Source of the DNA: Camelus ferus | Taxonomy: Eukaryota | Length of the DNA: 64,000 nucleotides | Direction of reading: 5' to 3' | NCBI RefSeq assembly: GCF_009834535.1 | Contig: NC_045696.1 | Coordinates: forward strand, 71,178,001-71,242,000 | Shown here: positions 41,801 through 54,454 of the stretch, piece after piece | How the letters are laid out: each line of letters opens with the position of its first letter | Numbering within the stretch: the first letter of the stretch is position 1 | The notes under the pieces: generated by a model | Told to the model about the DNA's origin: nothing | Database searches by the model: none | The model's input: the letters and a program-made list of their open reading frames with translations, nothing else | Program-made: the position numbers and the translations under genes

Positions 41801-43950
41801 AGCACTAGCCCCATTCTGGTTGGATTTGGTATTCTCTTGGGCCCTGTCAATTTCAACAAAATGTGATTTTTGCAAACAGAGCCAGAAAATCAGACAAGGA
41901 GAAAGAGGGAAGAAGAAAGCTGAGCTTACATACCAACTTTAACCACAGAAATGACGTCCGCAGCTGAAGTTGTGCATACTGACAAAAAAGAATACCCATC
42001 CAGGATCATTACTGTCATGAAATTAGGTCCTAGTCTACCCCTTACCTTTGTTTCCTAAGTGGTCCCCTGTGACAGTTCAGCTTTTCAATTGCAAGTCCCA
42101 AAAGAAAGGTCAGAAAAATGCAGGTTGTATAGAGAATGGAGGGAAAAAACAGCAGGGGAGCCCACTGGGAATCTGTTTTTTAATAGGTTATTCCCATAAG
42201 AGCAAGACTCAAGGACAAATGGTCCCTACAGAAATGTCACTGCAGCATTCCCCTTCATGTCCCTCCACCCCAAAGGTGAACATCTAGCTTGTATAGAATC
42301 CATTCAGGGAACTCACTGCTCACCACCGGACAGGTGCAATGTTGGGCTGACAGGGTTCTTGCTTCCTGTTAGCAGCCTATGGGAAGAATGTAGGAGTCCA
42401 AACTCGCCACTTCCAGGGTGGCAGACAGGGTGAGGGAGATGTTGACGTGAGTGGAGATGCTATAGTTGATGACTGGACAGAAGTCTTTCTGGTTAAATAT
42501 AGCCTGGAAGACAGCAGGGTCTACCCCATGCTGGTCAAAGCTGAGCAATTGATGGTGAAAGTGTTTGCCTTTCCTGCAGAGAGCAGAGACCCTGTGAGAT
42601 GGAATAGGGTTTTTGTGTTTTCTAAGTGAGAGGAATGCCAGGGCTGGGGCCTGAGAATCTCTCTTCAGAGAAACAAAATGTAGGCATGGGGTGAGCATGT
42701 GAGCCCCTCCTTCCTGTGCCAAGACTAACAAAGGCTACTTTCTTCCTGCCAAGGCTGGGGAGGATGGGCTGGGCTGGTAGGCAAATGGTGGAAGTCGATG
42801 TGGTGAGCTGAGTCAGGGCTCAGACCGTTCTTCCTGTGCTTTTGCTCCCATATAGGCCTACCCATATCTGTATGCAAACAGCCTCTCTAGGGAGGCCTGT
42901 GCCTTTCATAGTCTTAACTCTAAAGTTTTGGTTTTGTCTGACCATGCTTTTTTCTCTCTAGCTTATGATTCTACCTCACAGACACCAACAAAATTCCCCT
43001 AAAATTTTGTTTCTCAATATTCCCTTCCCACTTTCATGTTTTCTCATTTCCTAAAGGAAAAGTTTGGAGAGAAGTAAACATGAGTGTGGTGTAATATGGG
43101 TGGAGACTTAAGGAATGTAATATTCAGTGTGAGTTTCTTGACTACTTACAGTGTTCTGTGCTCTGTGACCTTCTTCAATCCAATGACTTCCTCCAAGATC
43201 TGTGGGAGGCATTTCCAGCATCTTCAGCTTGACAAGACCTCACTGATCATCCACTATGTGGTTGATGGAGCTGGATGATGAAACGTAAAAGCCCTTCTGG
43301 CCACCTCGCCTGCACCCCAAGCCCAGATGCCTCTGTGGCTATTCCTGTAGTCATAGCCCAGCAAGTTCTCTCCCGTTCCCGTGTCTCTTTTACTGTTCCC
43401 CCATACCACTTACTGCACAAGGCACACCTCCAAACTAAGGAGAAACATATCTCAGGGGAAGAAAATGTCATCCTTTCCCCTCCACATCCCCTCCTCTACA
43501 AGATCTCCCCAAGTAAGGTGGGGAAGGAATTATGTTACTGTCAACAGGACCCAAGCTACCCTGTTCATAGTTACTAATCTTGGTAGAAAGGGAAAGTTGA
43601 ACATCATAAAGGGATGGGATCAGAGAGGTGGTAAAATGGGAGAATAGACAAGTTGGTTGATACTTATGCAGGCAAATAAGAAGGGGCTGCGTGTATCGAT
43701 CAGTGAGAGGGGTTTTTCATCTGTCCCCAAAGGAAGACAAAACGTAGATACTACATAGAAAGGAAGTGTTTAACCCAGCTATTTTAGATGCTTTCTAGTT
43801 CTGGGGATGAGAGGGTTTTCAGATTTTTCCCAGAAAAGCATTCCTATCTTTCCCTGTTCTCTCCCCATCTTACCTTGAAGCATAGGGCTGACAATGAGGC
43901 AGACGAGGAATCTGCCCCCACCCTCCGATGGCAGACCACCCCCCTTCCAT
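38872..43950 (-). pseudogene. HTR3C-like unprocessed pseudogene (position matches the human HTR3C2P-type locus between HTR3C and HTR3E)
   Basis: Exon remnants 43874-43950, 42408-42573, 41934-41978, 41077-41186, 40638-40807, 40175-40335, 39606-39810, 39188-39403, 38872-39074. Lesions: +10 nt in exon 1; -1 nt in exon 2; GC donor after exon 2; AT donor after exon 4; AC acceptor before exon 5; TAA at the second Cys-loop cysteine (40669-40671); AA acceptor before exon 8. Confidence 0.88.
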
Positions 43951-45269
43951 CCTCTTCTTCTGGACTCTTCTCTGGGGACTCACCTGGAGCCCCCAAACCC
44001 TGGAGCTTAAAGGAGTCTGGACCACACCTTGGTTCCTGGTTTTGAATACTGCTCATGACAGGTGACCACTCCTTGGTGAGAGGCTGTGGCCAGAGAGGTC
44101 ACAGCAGAGTGTCCTGCTCTGACTCTGTCCAGGTGTGCTTTCTGGTCTCCAGGAGGAGAGGAAGTTGGGCCAAGTCTAGGAGAGAAGTATCTGTTTAGCA
44201 GCCTTGTCTAGATAAGTGGTTTTGAATCTGAGTTACAAGGACCTTTCAGAGAAAATGCGGGACTTGGGAGATGGGGCAGGTGAGGTCATTGATAAAGGGT
44301 CTCATCAGGTCCTTCTGGAACTAAATGTGCCTCAGAGAAAGGGAGTGGACCCCTGGGAAGGGGATGGGTATTCTCTCTTGTGGTGGGGACACTTGCTAAT
44401 TTTGCAAGGCAAGACCATGTAATTATTTTATTGCAGACCTAAAAATATATCCTTTACCCAGCTATGGACATTAGGGATTACTGTCAGTACTGGTTAAGAT
44501 GCTTGCTTGAGAAGTTAAGCTCCTTTTTTGTGACATAAACCTAACAGAATCCTGTCCCTGCAGCTAGCACCACCATCCAGATCTGCATCATCCCTCATCT
44601 GTACTATGGGAATAGCTTCTTCACAAGGTTTCCTCTATCCAGTTTCCCCCAATCTAATCCTTTATTTTGCCATTTCCCCTAAAACAGGACTCTCCTGCTT
44701 ATCCTTCTTTATCTAATGTCTCTAAGGACCTGCACCCTGGCACCATCAAGTAATGTGTGTGAGTAGCAAAATCATTTGATAAGCTTTTTTAAAATACCTG
44801 CACTCACACCATCCCACTCCAGTGGAGGGCTGTGTGTTTATTTAAAAGCTCCCCAGATGGTTCTGATTCACACTCACTTTGTTGAAAACCTTTGAGCTGG
44901 GCTATATTGAGATACCACAATCACTTGATATTGATACACTTAAGGTACAGAACATTAACACCAGGATCTTTCATGTCACCCTTTTATAGCTACAACCACC
45001 TCCTTCCCCATTCACTCCACCACTTGGCAACCATTCATTTGTTCTCCATTTCTATACTTTTGTCATTTCAAGGATGTTATACAAATCAAGTCATACAGAT
45101 ATAACCTTTTGGGATTGGCTTTTTTCACTCAACAAAATTCTCTGCAGCTCCATCCAGATTGTTACACATATCAGTACCCACCCCCTTTTCATTGCTGAGT
45201 AGTATTCCATGGTGTCGATGTACCACCATTTGTTTATCTGTTTAACTGGTAAAGGACTTCTAAGTTTTA

Positions 45270-46121
45270 AGGGAAAACACTTATTTCCTCTATTTTACCC
45301 ACAGGACTTCAAACACCAAATATGTGGGGTTTCCCCCCTCACATCAAGCAATTCTGACATTAACTACCCAGGGTTAGTGCAGACCCCACAGGTAAAAGTC
45401 TCATCCCCACAAGACTGCTCCCTACTTCAGACACGTCACAAACCCAAGCTTCCCATAATTCTGAACAACTGACTATGAATTGGCGGTTCCCACAACCCCG
45501 TCCTCAGGTTTGACAATTTGCTTTAGTGGCTCACAGAACTCATGAAAATACTTTTGTTTACTGGTTTATTATAAAGTGCATAATAAAGGATACAGATAAA
45601 CAGCCAGATGAAAAGATATACAGGGCGAGGTCTGGAAAGGTCCTGAGTGCCAGAGCTTCTGTGGAGTTGGGATGCACCACCCTCCTAGCCCCAGCATGTA
45701 GCTGTGTTTGCCAATCCAGAAGCTCTCCAAACTCCATAGTGCGGGGATTTCCTATGGAGGCTTCATTACATAGGCATGATCACTTACCAACTCAATCTCC
45801 AGCCCCTCTCCACTCTGCAGAGGCTGGGGATTGGAGCTGGAAGTCTCAAGTTTCTAATCATGGCTTGGTCTTTCTGGTGACCAGCACCCATCCTGCAGCT
45901 GTCCATGAGTCCACCGAGAGTCACCTCATGAGAACAAAAAGTGCTCCTATCATCCGGGGAACCCCAAGGGGTTTAGGAGGTCTATGTCAGGAACCAGGAT
46001 CAAAGACTAAATACTAGAACAGAAGATGTTCCTAACACCCCTGTCACTCAGGAAATTACCAGGGTTTTAGGAACTCTGTGTCAGGAACTGGGAGCAGAGA
46101 CCAAATATATTTTTCTTCACA
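45270..46121. mobile_element. MER21-like LTR inserted into an L1 fragment (about 44900-46350)
   Basis: ccccacaagactgctccctacttcagac, tggctcacagaactca, ends ...ttcaca; L1 3' sequence resumes at about 46122. Confidence 0.7.
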
Positions 46122-47496
46122 GAGTTGTTTTCAGTTTTTGTCTATTATGCATAGAGCTGCTAGAAACATTTGCGTTCCAGTTTTTGTGTGAACACAAGTC
46201 TTCTGAAATAAACACCCAGAAGTGCAATTGCTGGGTTATATGGTATTTGCATGTACAGTTTTTTTTTTAAGGAAACTGCAATACTCTTTTCCAGAGTGGC
46301 AGTACCATTCTACATTATCACTAGCAAGGTGTGAATGATCCAGTTTTTCTGTATTTTTAGAAGTTTCAAATTTCAAGCAAGGATTTCTTAACACCCTAAA
46401 CTCATAAGCATAAATTCAGCAATGTTGAAAATTTTAAACTTTTGTTCATTAAAGGACACTAAATATGGTAAGTCAAGTAACAAACTGGGAAAATATGTTT
46501 GCAACACATATAACTGATAAAATGATAATAGAAAGAATATAAAACATACCTATGAATAAAACAATAACAAAAACTCCAATCCATTAGGAAAATAGGCTGA
46601 AGACATGGACTGGCATTTTATAGAAGAGGAAACACAATCAATAAACAATAAGAAGATACTCAACCTCATTTACAATTGTGGAAAGTAAATGAACTTAAAA
46701 CCACAAGAAGATACAATTTCAATAGATACAAGACTCAATAGATGGCAAAAATTTAAAAGCTTGATACTAGAAGTGTTGGTGAAGTTGTAGACCCACAGAA
46801 ACTCCTACACACTGTGAGTGGGAGTAAAAACACTTTGGAAAGCAATTTGCTATGATTTCCTAAAATAGAATATGTGCACATTGTAAGAACCAGCAGTTCT
46901 ACTCCTGGGTATATACTCTAGCAGAGCACTGTTAAATACATAGCTACTAGTCACATGTGGCTATCAAAATTCAGATGAACTAAAGTGCTCAATAGCCACA
47001 CGTGGCTGGTGGCTACAGTATTAGTGCACATAGTTATATAATGGAATGCTATTATGCAGCAAAGTGTTGAATTAACTTTACCTTACCTATCAACACGGTT
47101 AAATCTCAAAAGCATAATATTGAATAATAAAAACAAGGTGCAAAATATATCCAGTATGATATGATATAGCCTGTATATATATTCTAGGATATATATATTT
47201 AAACAACAGATTGTTTAAAATATGTAATAGGCAGTAAAGTGAAAACAAAAAGTAAGAGAATAATAAATATAAAATTTAGAACAGTTATTACCTCCTTGGA
47301 GGAATGGGAGTTTGGATATGCTTGGGAAGTCCCTTATGGAAGACTTCAAAGACATTAGTGGTGGTAGGAGGGGACTTTTACTTTTCACTTTACACTCATA
47401 TGTAACATTTATGTTTTTTCCCCTATGCACACATTTATAAAGTTGTTTTATTGAGGTATAATTGGCATAAAATAAACAGTTTAAAGACTCCACTTT

Positions 47497-47630
47497 GGGG
47501 GGAAGGTATAGCTCAGTGGTAGAATGTATGCTTAGCATGCATGAGCTCCTGGGTTCAATCCCCAGTACCTCCATTAGAACAAATAAATAAGTAAAAACCT
47601 AATTACCTCTCCTCCAAAAAAAATTTTAAG
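47497..47630 (+). mobile_element. tRNA-derived SINE (same family)
   Basis: Same head; TSD aaagactccactttg. Confidence 0.85.
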
Positions 47631-48744
47631 AAAGACTCCACTTTGACAAGTTCAGGATAATGAACATATCCATCATCCTCCAAATTTTCTTTGTTTCCCT
47701 TTGTAACCCCTCCCCCCTGCCCTTCCCCATCCCATCTGACCCCAGGAAACCACTGATGTGTTGCTATATGTTACTTTTATACTTCCTAGAATTATTGCAT
47801 CCTTTCTTCTTTCCTTAAGTATCTATTTAAAGCAGTACATTTCCTTTGGAATGTTTATCTCCCTCAAGTTTTGTTACGCACTAGTTTCAATTCTAATAAA
47901 TTTTAAAAACTCAATTATTTATTGATTTTTGACCTATAAGTTATTTAGAAGCATACTTTTTAGTCTAATAGAAGAGGAGGAGGATTATTTTTTGATATTT
48001 GTTTCTAGTTTAATTGTGACTTAAGAGGCAGCACAAGAAAGTGATTAAGCGTATGAACTTTAAAGCTGGACTCCCTCAGTGCAAATCCCAGGTCCGCCAT
48101 TTATAAGCTGTATGATCTTGGGTATGTTACTTAAGTTACTTAACCTGTTTGCCTCAGTTTCTTGATCTAGAAGATGGATGATAGTAATAACTCTTACCTT
48201 ATCATGTTGTTATGAGGGTTAAATGAAGTGATAATTAGAAAATGCTTAGAACAATGCTGGTACATAATCAGCACCATGCAAGTGTTTGTTAATAATAATA
48301 ATTTCAGAGAACACAGTCTGATTGCTACCAAATTTTGAGACTTACTTTATAGTCTATACATAGTTAATTTTTGTAAATATTCCAAGTGTAGAGTTCTATA
48401 TATTCTTGTTAAATCTAATTTAATTGTATGGTTAAAGTCTATTATTTTTTCACTAATGTGTTATCACATTGAGATGTGTTGAATCTCCCACTACAATAAT
48501 AGAACTGTCACTTTCTCTTTGTAATTATTTTCATCTTCACTTTATAGATTTTTGAGGCCATTTTATGAGATGCATTCAAGTTTATCATGTTTATATCGTC
48601 TAAGTGATTAAATATTTTATCATTATGTAGAGATTCTCTTTATTCTAAATAATTGTTATTGTCTTAATGACAATTTAGTCTGATATTGATAGAAGCATTC
48701 CAGCTTATGTTTAATTAGTATTTGCCTTACATATCTTTTCCTAT

Positions 48745-50150
48745 AGGGTGGAATGAAAAGATGCTAATTAGTAACATGAAAACATATGAAAGTGTAAAAT
48801 TTACTGGGAAAAGTAAATATACAGTTAAATTTAGAATACTCTAATATTATAATAGTCATGGATAAATCACTGATTATTATAAAGATTAAAAGGCATAAGT
48901 ATTACAAATACGTACAATAATTTGTTAGTGACTACACAATATGAAAAAGATATAAATGTGACATGAAAAACATAAAATGTGGAGGGAGAGAGTATCAAAG
49001 TGTAGAGCTTTTTTAAACCCTATTTTTAAAAATTGAAGTCTGGTTGGTGTATAATATTATATAAGTTATAGGTATACAACATAGTTATTCACAGGTTTTA
49101 AAGTTATACTCCATTTATAGTTATATTCATTGTGTACAATATATTCTTGTAGTTTATTTTATATGTAATAGTTTGTACCTCTTAATCCCCTACCTCTATG
49201 TTGCCCCTTCCCCCTCCTCTCTCCCCTCTGGTAACCACTAGTTTGTTCTCTGTATCTGTAAGCCTGTTTTTTTTTTTTTTTTTTTTTGTTATATTCACTA
49301 GTTTGTTTTATTTTTTAAATTCCACATATAAGTGATATCACACAGTATTTGTCTTTCCCTGTCTGACTTATTTCACTTAGCATAATACCCTCTTAAGTTC
49401 ATCCATGTTGCTGCAAATGGCAAAATTTCATTCTTTTTATGGCTAAGTAGTATTCCATTGTGTGTGTGTGTGTGTGTATGTATAACATCTTATAACTCTA
49501 AGATGTTTTATGTAAACCTCACAGTAACCACAAAGCAAAACCTATAGCAGATACACAAAAGATAAATAGAAAGGAATAAAAACATACCACTACATAAAAT
49601 CATCAAATCACAAAAAAAAGGGCAAGAGATGAAGAGAGGAACTACAAAACAACCAGAAATAATTAACAAAATGGCAATGGTGATTTCATACCTGTCTATA
49701 ATTACTTTAAATGTAAGTGGGATAAATCCTAGAGTCAAAAGACATAGATTGGTTGAATGAATGAAAAACAAGACCCAACTATATGCTGCCTATCAGACTT
49801 ATGTAACCTTTAAGAACACACATAGACTGCAAGTGAAGGATGGAAAAAGGTACTCGATGCAAATGGAAGCCAAAAGAAAACAGAGGTAGCTGTATCAAAC
49901 AAAGTAGTCTTTAAGCCAAACACTGTAACAAGCGACTAAGAAGGTCATTATATAATAGTAATGGAGTCAATTCATCAAAATGATATAACAGTTGTAAATA
50001 TTTGTGTATCCAACATTGGAGCACCTTAATATATAAAGCAAATATTAACAGATCTGAGGAAAGAGACAGCAGTACAACAATAGTAAGGACCTTTAATACC
50101 CCACTTTCAACAATGGATAGATCATCCAGACAGAAAATCAAAAAGGAAAC
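48745..50150 (+). mobile_element. LINE-1 fragment (ORF2 endonuclease start) with an antisense L1 3' end inserted at about 49020-49490
   Basis: ataattactttaaatgtaagtgg...caagacccaactatatgctgcc. Confidence 0.75.
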
Positions 50151-52649
50151 AGATTAGTGATTACCTTTGGATAGAATGAATGGGAGAATGATTGGGAGGG
50201 GCCCCGAAGTGTGTTTTCCCAGGAGTTGTTCTATTTCTTCACCTGGATGGTGGTTATACAGGTGTGATCAATTTTAAAAAATTATTGAGTGGTACACATG
50301 AGATTTGTCTTCTTTTTTGTATGTATATTATATTGCAATACAAAGTTTAATTTAAAAAATTGAATGAAGGAAGAAATACCTTTTTTTATTGCATAAGGTT
50401 TTGGCATGCCAGCTGTGTGTTGCACTTAATATGTTAAAATGTTGAGTTAATGATTCAAGATATTGCTTAAGAATTATTGAATATGGAAATAAGAAAGTAC
50501 TTTGGGTGACTAAAGGTCTCAGACTGGCTTAAATAATACATTAAAGATGGAATCCAAGTGTAAGGCTGAGGAGATTGTAAAGAAAGTAGTTCTTGAACTC
50601 AAGATCCCTGAGAATAGGAATCTAAGCAGATCTTTCCTCAGAAAGTAAAAGGAAATAGGCAAGAAATGTGGTGGGTAACTTCTGTCAGAAGTAGGAACTA
50701 GGCAAACAGAACCACTGCTCCTTTGGCGTCTAGTGAAGATAGTGTCAGAATACTGTGGAGCAGGCAGTAAGAGAGTAAGAGGGAACTTGACATGGAAAAT
50801 TTGGCTTTGGGTAACTTGGCAGAATTATTGAATTTACCTTAAAGGAAAGAACCTTGAAGAATGGTTAATTTCCTAGTAGCGTTTATCTTCTGTCTGCTAA
50901 GTTGTGCCTTTATAAATCCTTCTGCTTGCTAAGTAAGAAGCTCCAAACCTTTTCGGTGGTTCCTTGAGACAGGTAGCCACACATGTTATAGACCATCCTC
51001 AGGGTGTAATTATAAAATGCTACTTACTTTGTGTAGATTCCTACAATTCAGCTATGTATGTGGAATAATCAATGTCAGGGGTGTCACCTCTGAATTTATC
51101 AAGGATGATGATAGAAATTAATTGTACACTGGAAATTGACACAACATTGTAAACTGACTATAACTCAATAAAAATGTTTTAAAAAGAAAGAAATTAATTG
51201 TAATAAATATCAGACATGGGTGGGAGGCTTTCAGAAGAACTAGTAAGAAGATAAAGGAGAGCTAACAGTGCAAGATGTTGGTAAAAGAAAGGTGTAAGAG
51301 TAATAACAGAGGAAGGTGAGAGAAAATGGTGTTGAAAGAGCAAATGGTGAGCTTGGTTTTCAGAGGGAGAAGCAGAGAGATGAAAGAGTAGAGGAGGTAA
51401 GTATGAAATATGGTTCTGTCTGTAGAATTCTTGGTTTCCAGAAGGTGGAAGGAATCAAAGACAGTGAGGAGACAAAAATGTGCAACAAGAATGGTCAGAT
51501 AAATGGGTTGCCAAAAATAAGTAAGTAGGAGGAAATTTTTCTCAGAATTGTTTAAGACTAAGAAAAGAAACACTGGGCTGTGAGAAGGTTGTGAGGATAC
51601 TCCTAGATACGGAGGGAGAGAGTGGGAAGTTAGAAGTGGAGACCTGGGAAGTGAGAAACAGTCAGCATTTGAAGAGAGTATATCCCAGGCCAAAGAGTTC
51701 ATCAGTTTCCATTGTACATTCTTAAAGAGGTTTGCAATAGAAAATGGAGGAAAATGAAATAAAGTTATCATAGGGATATAAATACAAAGAATTTTTAATG
51801 GGAGAAGGACATGGTAAAATACCCCTAACATTCCTACTGACATGTGTGGGCTGGAACTAGCTTAAAATGCTCTGCTTCATTGTCAGGTCATGTTTTAAAC
51901 CACAGGGCTCACCTCAAGCCTAACATATGGACAGGATGTTCTTTTGCAAAGGATATTTGTCAGTTATAATGGTCTTGGCACAGAAACCCTAAAGTCACAT
52001 ACGTAAGAGGTAGAAAAAAATTGCAAGATGACATCAGAGAAATACAAACGTGGAGGGGGGAAAGGAAAAAGAAATGATACAAAGGTGATCTTAAGGAATT
52101 TGAAATTCCTGAAAGATGTGGTACACACTCTTCATTTAAAATTATTGACAAAAGTCAAGGTCAAGTTTCTGAGTGAGAAATATGTTCCAAGTAATGCAAA
52201 GAAGGAATCATAAGAGAATCCACAAGCAGAAATGCCTTCACCAGCGTGTGAGGAATGTCTCTAAGAACTCAAAGAAAGTTGACATGTAAAAATAGGCTGC
52301 TAATTTCCCACATAAGTTAAGGAAAAATGAAATAAAATATACCAGAATGGGATAAACGGATTATAGCTAGAGCTAGTAAATACTGATTCTTGGTTGGCTG
52401 ACACTCATTCATATATTTAATCATTCAACAAGTCTGTTTAGGCATAGTACCGTATACAGAGTTGTAAAAATGGATGAGACATTGTACCTAACCTTTACAA
52501 AAGCACGTTCTCTTAGGGAAGACAGAAATGTAAATAAGTCCCTGAAATCTGTTCATCTAGTTGAAACATAGTTCAGATATTTGTCTTTGGTATTCTTTCA
52601 CATCCCGTTTCAATTTCTCTGTCTCTCTTTTTTTTCCATTTTTTAAACT

Positions 52650-53370
52650 TGCATTCTTTTTTACTGAAGTATAGTCATTTTACAGTGTTGTACAATTTCT
52701 GGTGTACAGTATAATGTTTCAGTCATACATTCACATATATATTCATTTTCATATTCTTTTTCATTATAAGTTACACAAGATATTGAAAATAGCTCTCTGT
52801 GCTATACAATATAAATTTCTCATTTATCTAGTTTATATATAGTAGTTGGTATCTGCAAATCTCGAACTCCCAATTTATCCCTTCTCACCTCCTTTACCCC
52901 TTTGTAACCGTAAGTTTGTTCTCTATGTCTATGAGTCTGTTTCTGTTTTGTAATTAAGTTCATTTGAGTCATTTTTTTAGATTCCGCATGTAAGTGATAT
53001 CCTACAGTATTTTTCTTTCTTTTTCTGGCTTAGTTCACTTAGAATGACAATCTCCCGGTCCATCCATATTGCTGTGAAGGGCATTATTTTATTCTTTTTT
53101 ATGGCTGAGTACTCTTCCATTGTATATATGTACCACAGCTTCTTTATCCAGTCATCTGTAGATGGACATTTAGGTTGCTTCCATGTCTTGGCTATTTTAT
53201 ATAGTGCTACTATGAACATTGGGGTGCATGTATCTTTTTGAATTAGAGTTCTCTTTGAATGCGTACCCAGAAGTGGGATTGCTGGATCATATGGTAAGTC
53301 TATTTTTAGTTTTTTGAGGAATCTCCATACTGTTTTCCATAATGGCTGCACCAAACTACATCCCCACCAG
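52650..53370 (-). mobile_element. Young LINE-1 3' end
   Basis: ORF 52977-53354 is the L1 ORF2 C-terminus ([15 protein letters not shown]...). Confidence 0.9.
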
Positions 53371-53904
53371 CTAGCACTCTACTTTTTCAAACAGAAATTA
53401 TGTATATATACAGTTTTATAACTTGTTTTCTCCACTTTAAATATTATGGACCTCTTTCCATGGTTTTGACATAGACTACATTCTCTCTTTAAATGACTAC
53501 AAAGCATTCCATTGTGTGGCTATATGTCTATTTAACTGGAATCCTTTAATTGAGGCCCTTAACTCCTCTTCCTGGCCCTCCCCCAAGTATGTATATTCAG
53601 AAGGTCCTCTCTGATTTTGTGAAATCAGAAGAAACTGAATGAAAAATGACACCAAGTGAAATGGAAATGGTTGATGAAAGGAACATTTTTCAACTGTAAG
53701 TATTTTATAGTACTCTCATTTCTTGCAAATGAGACTTCACCTTTTCATTCTTTTAAAACTGTGAAAGTATCTGAGAGTCTTAAAGTCAGATCAGATTACA
53801 CATATTTAGAGTGAAGTATCAAAGCTTCTGCAAGAGGACTCCTCACACAGTGTTTGCGGAGCTATAAGAAATGTACTGAGGAGACTGTGCTTCCTGGAAA
53901 GTTG

Positions 53905-53910
53905 TTTATT
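53905..53910 (-). terminator. Probable polyadenylation signal of gene C
   Basis: AATAAA on minus strand about 315 nt after the stop. Confidence 0.5.
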
Positions 53911-54224
53911 GGGTCAGTAAATCAGGGAGAGACTCCACTGACCCTGACCTTCATTGGTAAGGGGGTCAGAAGTTAGGTGTGGCACAGGAACACTGAAAGT
54001 GTGTGGGATTGGAGACTGTGGCATATGAGAAGTCAGGGGGTTGTCTAAGGCTGTTCTAAACCTACTCGGTAGGGCTGTTGGTGGTTTGGGAATATAGAAG
54101 GGGACATGGTAGTCACTGGGGATAAGTGGCTAAGATTAGGAAAGGGGCCTGGGTCTGGCTGGCTCTAAGACCACAAGAAACTTCAAGTTATGGTTTATAG
54201 GAGGAGGTGGATGTGGATGTCTGT

Positions 54225-54454
54225 CTAGGTGTTCCAGAGGATGATGACGGTAGTCATGGAGGTGGCCATGAAGAGCAGGTAGAGGTGGAAGAGCAGGGTG
54301 TCCATCACACGGCTGAACTGCACCCACAGGCTGACCAAGTGCTGCTTCTGAGCCTCGTCTTCCTGCTGGGCCCTCGTTGACCCAGGGCACCCATTTAACT
54401 CTGCCTCTTTCGGACCTGGCACCTTCCCCACCAACTCCACGGGCTCCTTCACAC
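54225..54454 (-). CDS. HTR3C: HTR3C-like exon 9 (TM4, stop TAG)
   Basis: [14 protein letters not shown]...[26 protein letters not shown]; 230 nt. Confidence 0.92.

Noticed and set aside
45526..46017. 163-aa ORF
   Set aside because: Lies wholly inside the MER21-like LTR.
51262..51843. 193-aa minus-strand ORF
   Set aside because: Leu/Phe/Ser-biased product of a pyrimidine-rich strand, likely old L2-type repeat; no domain.
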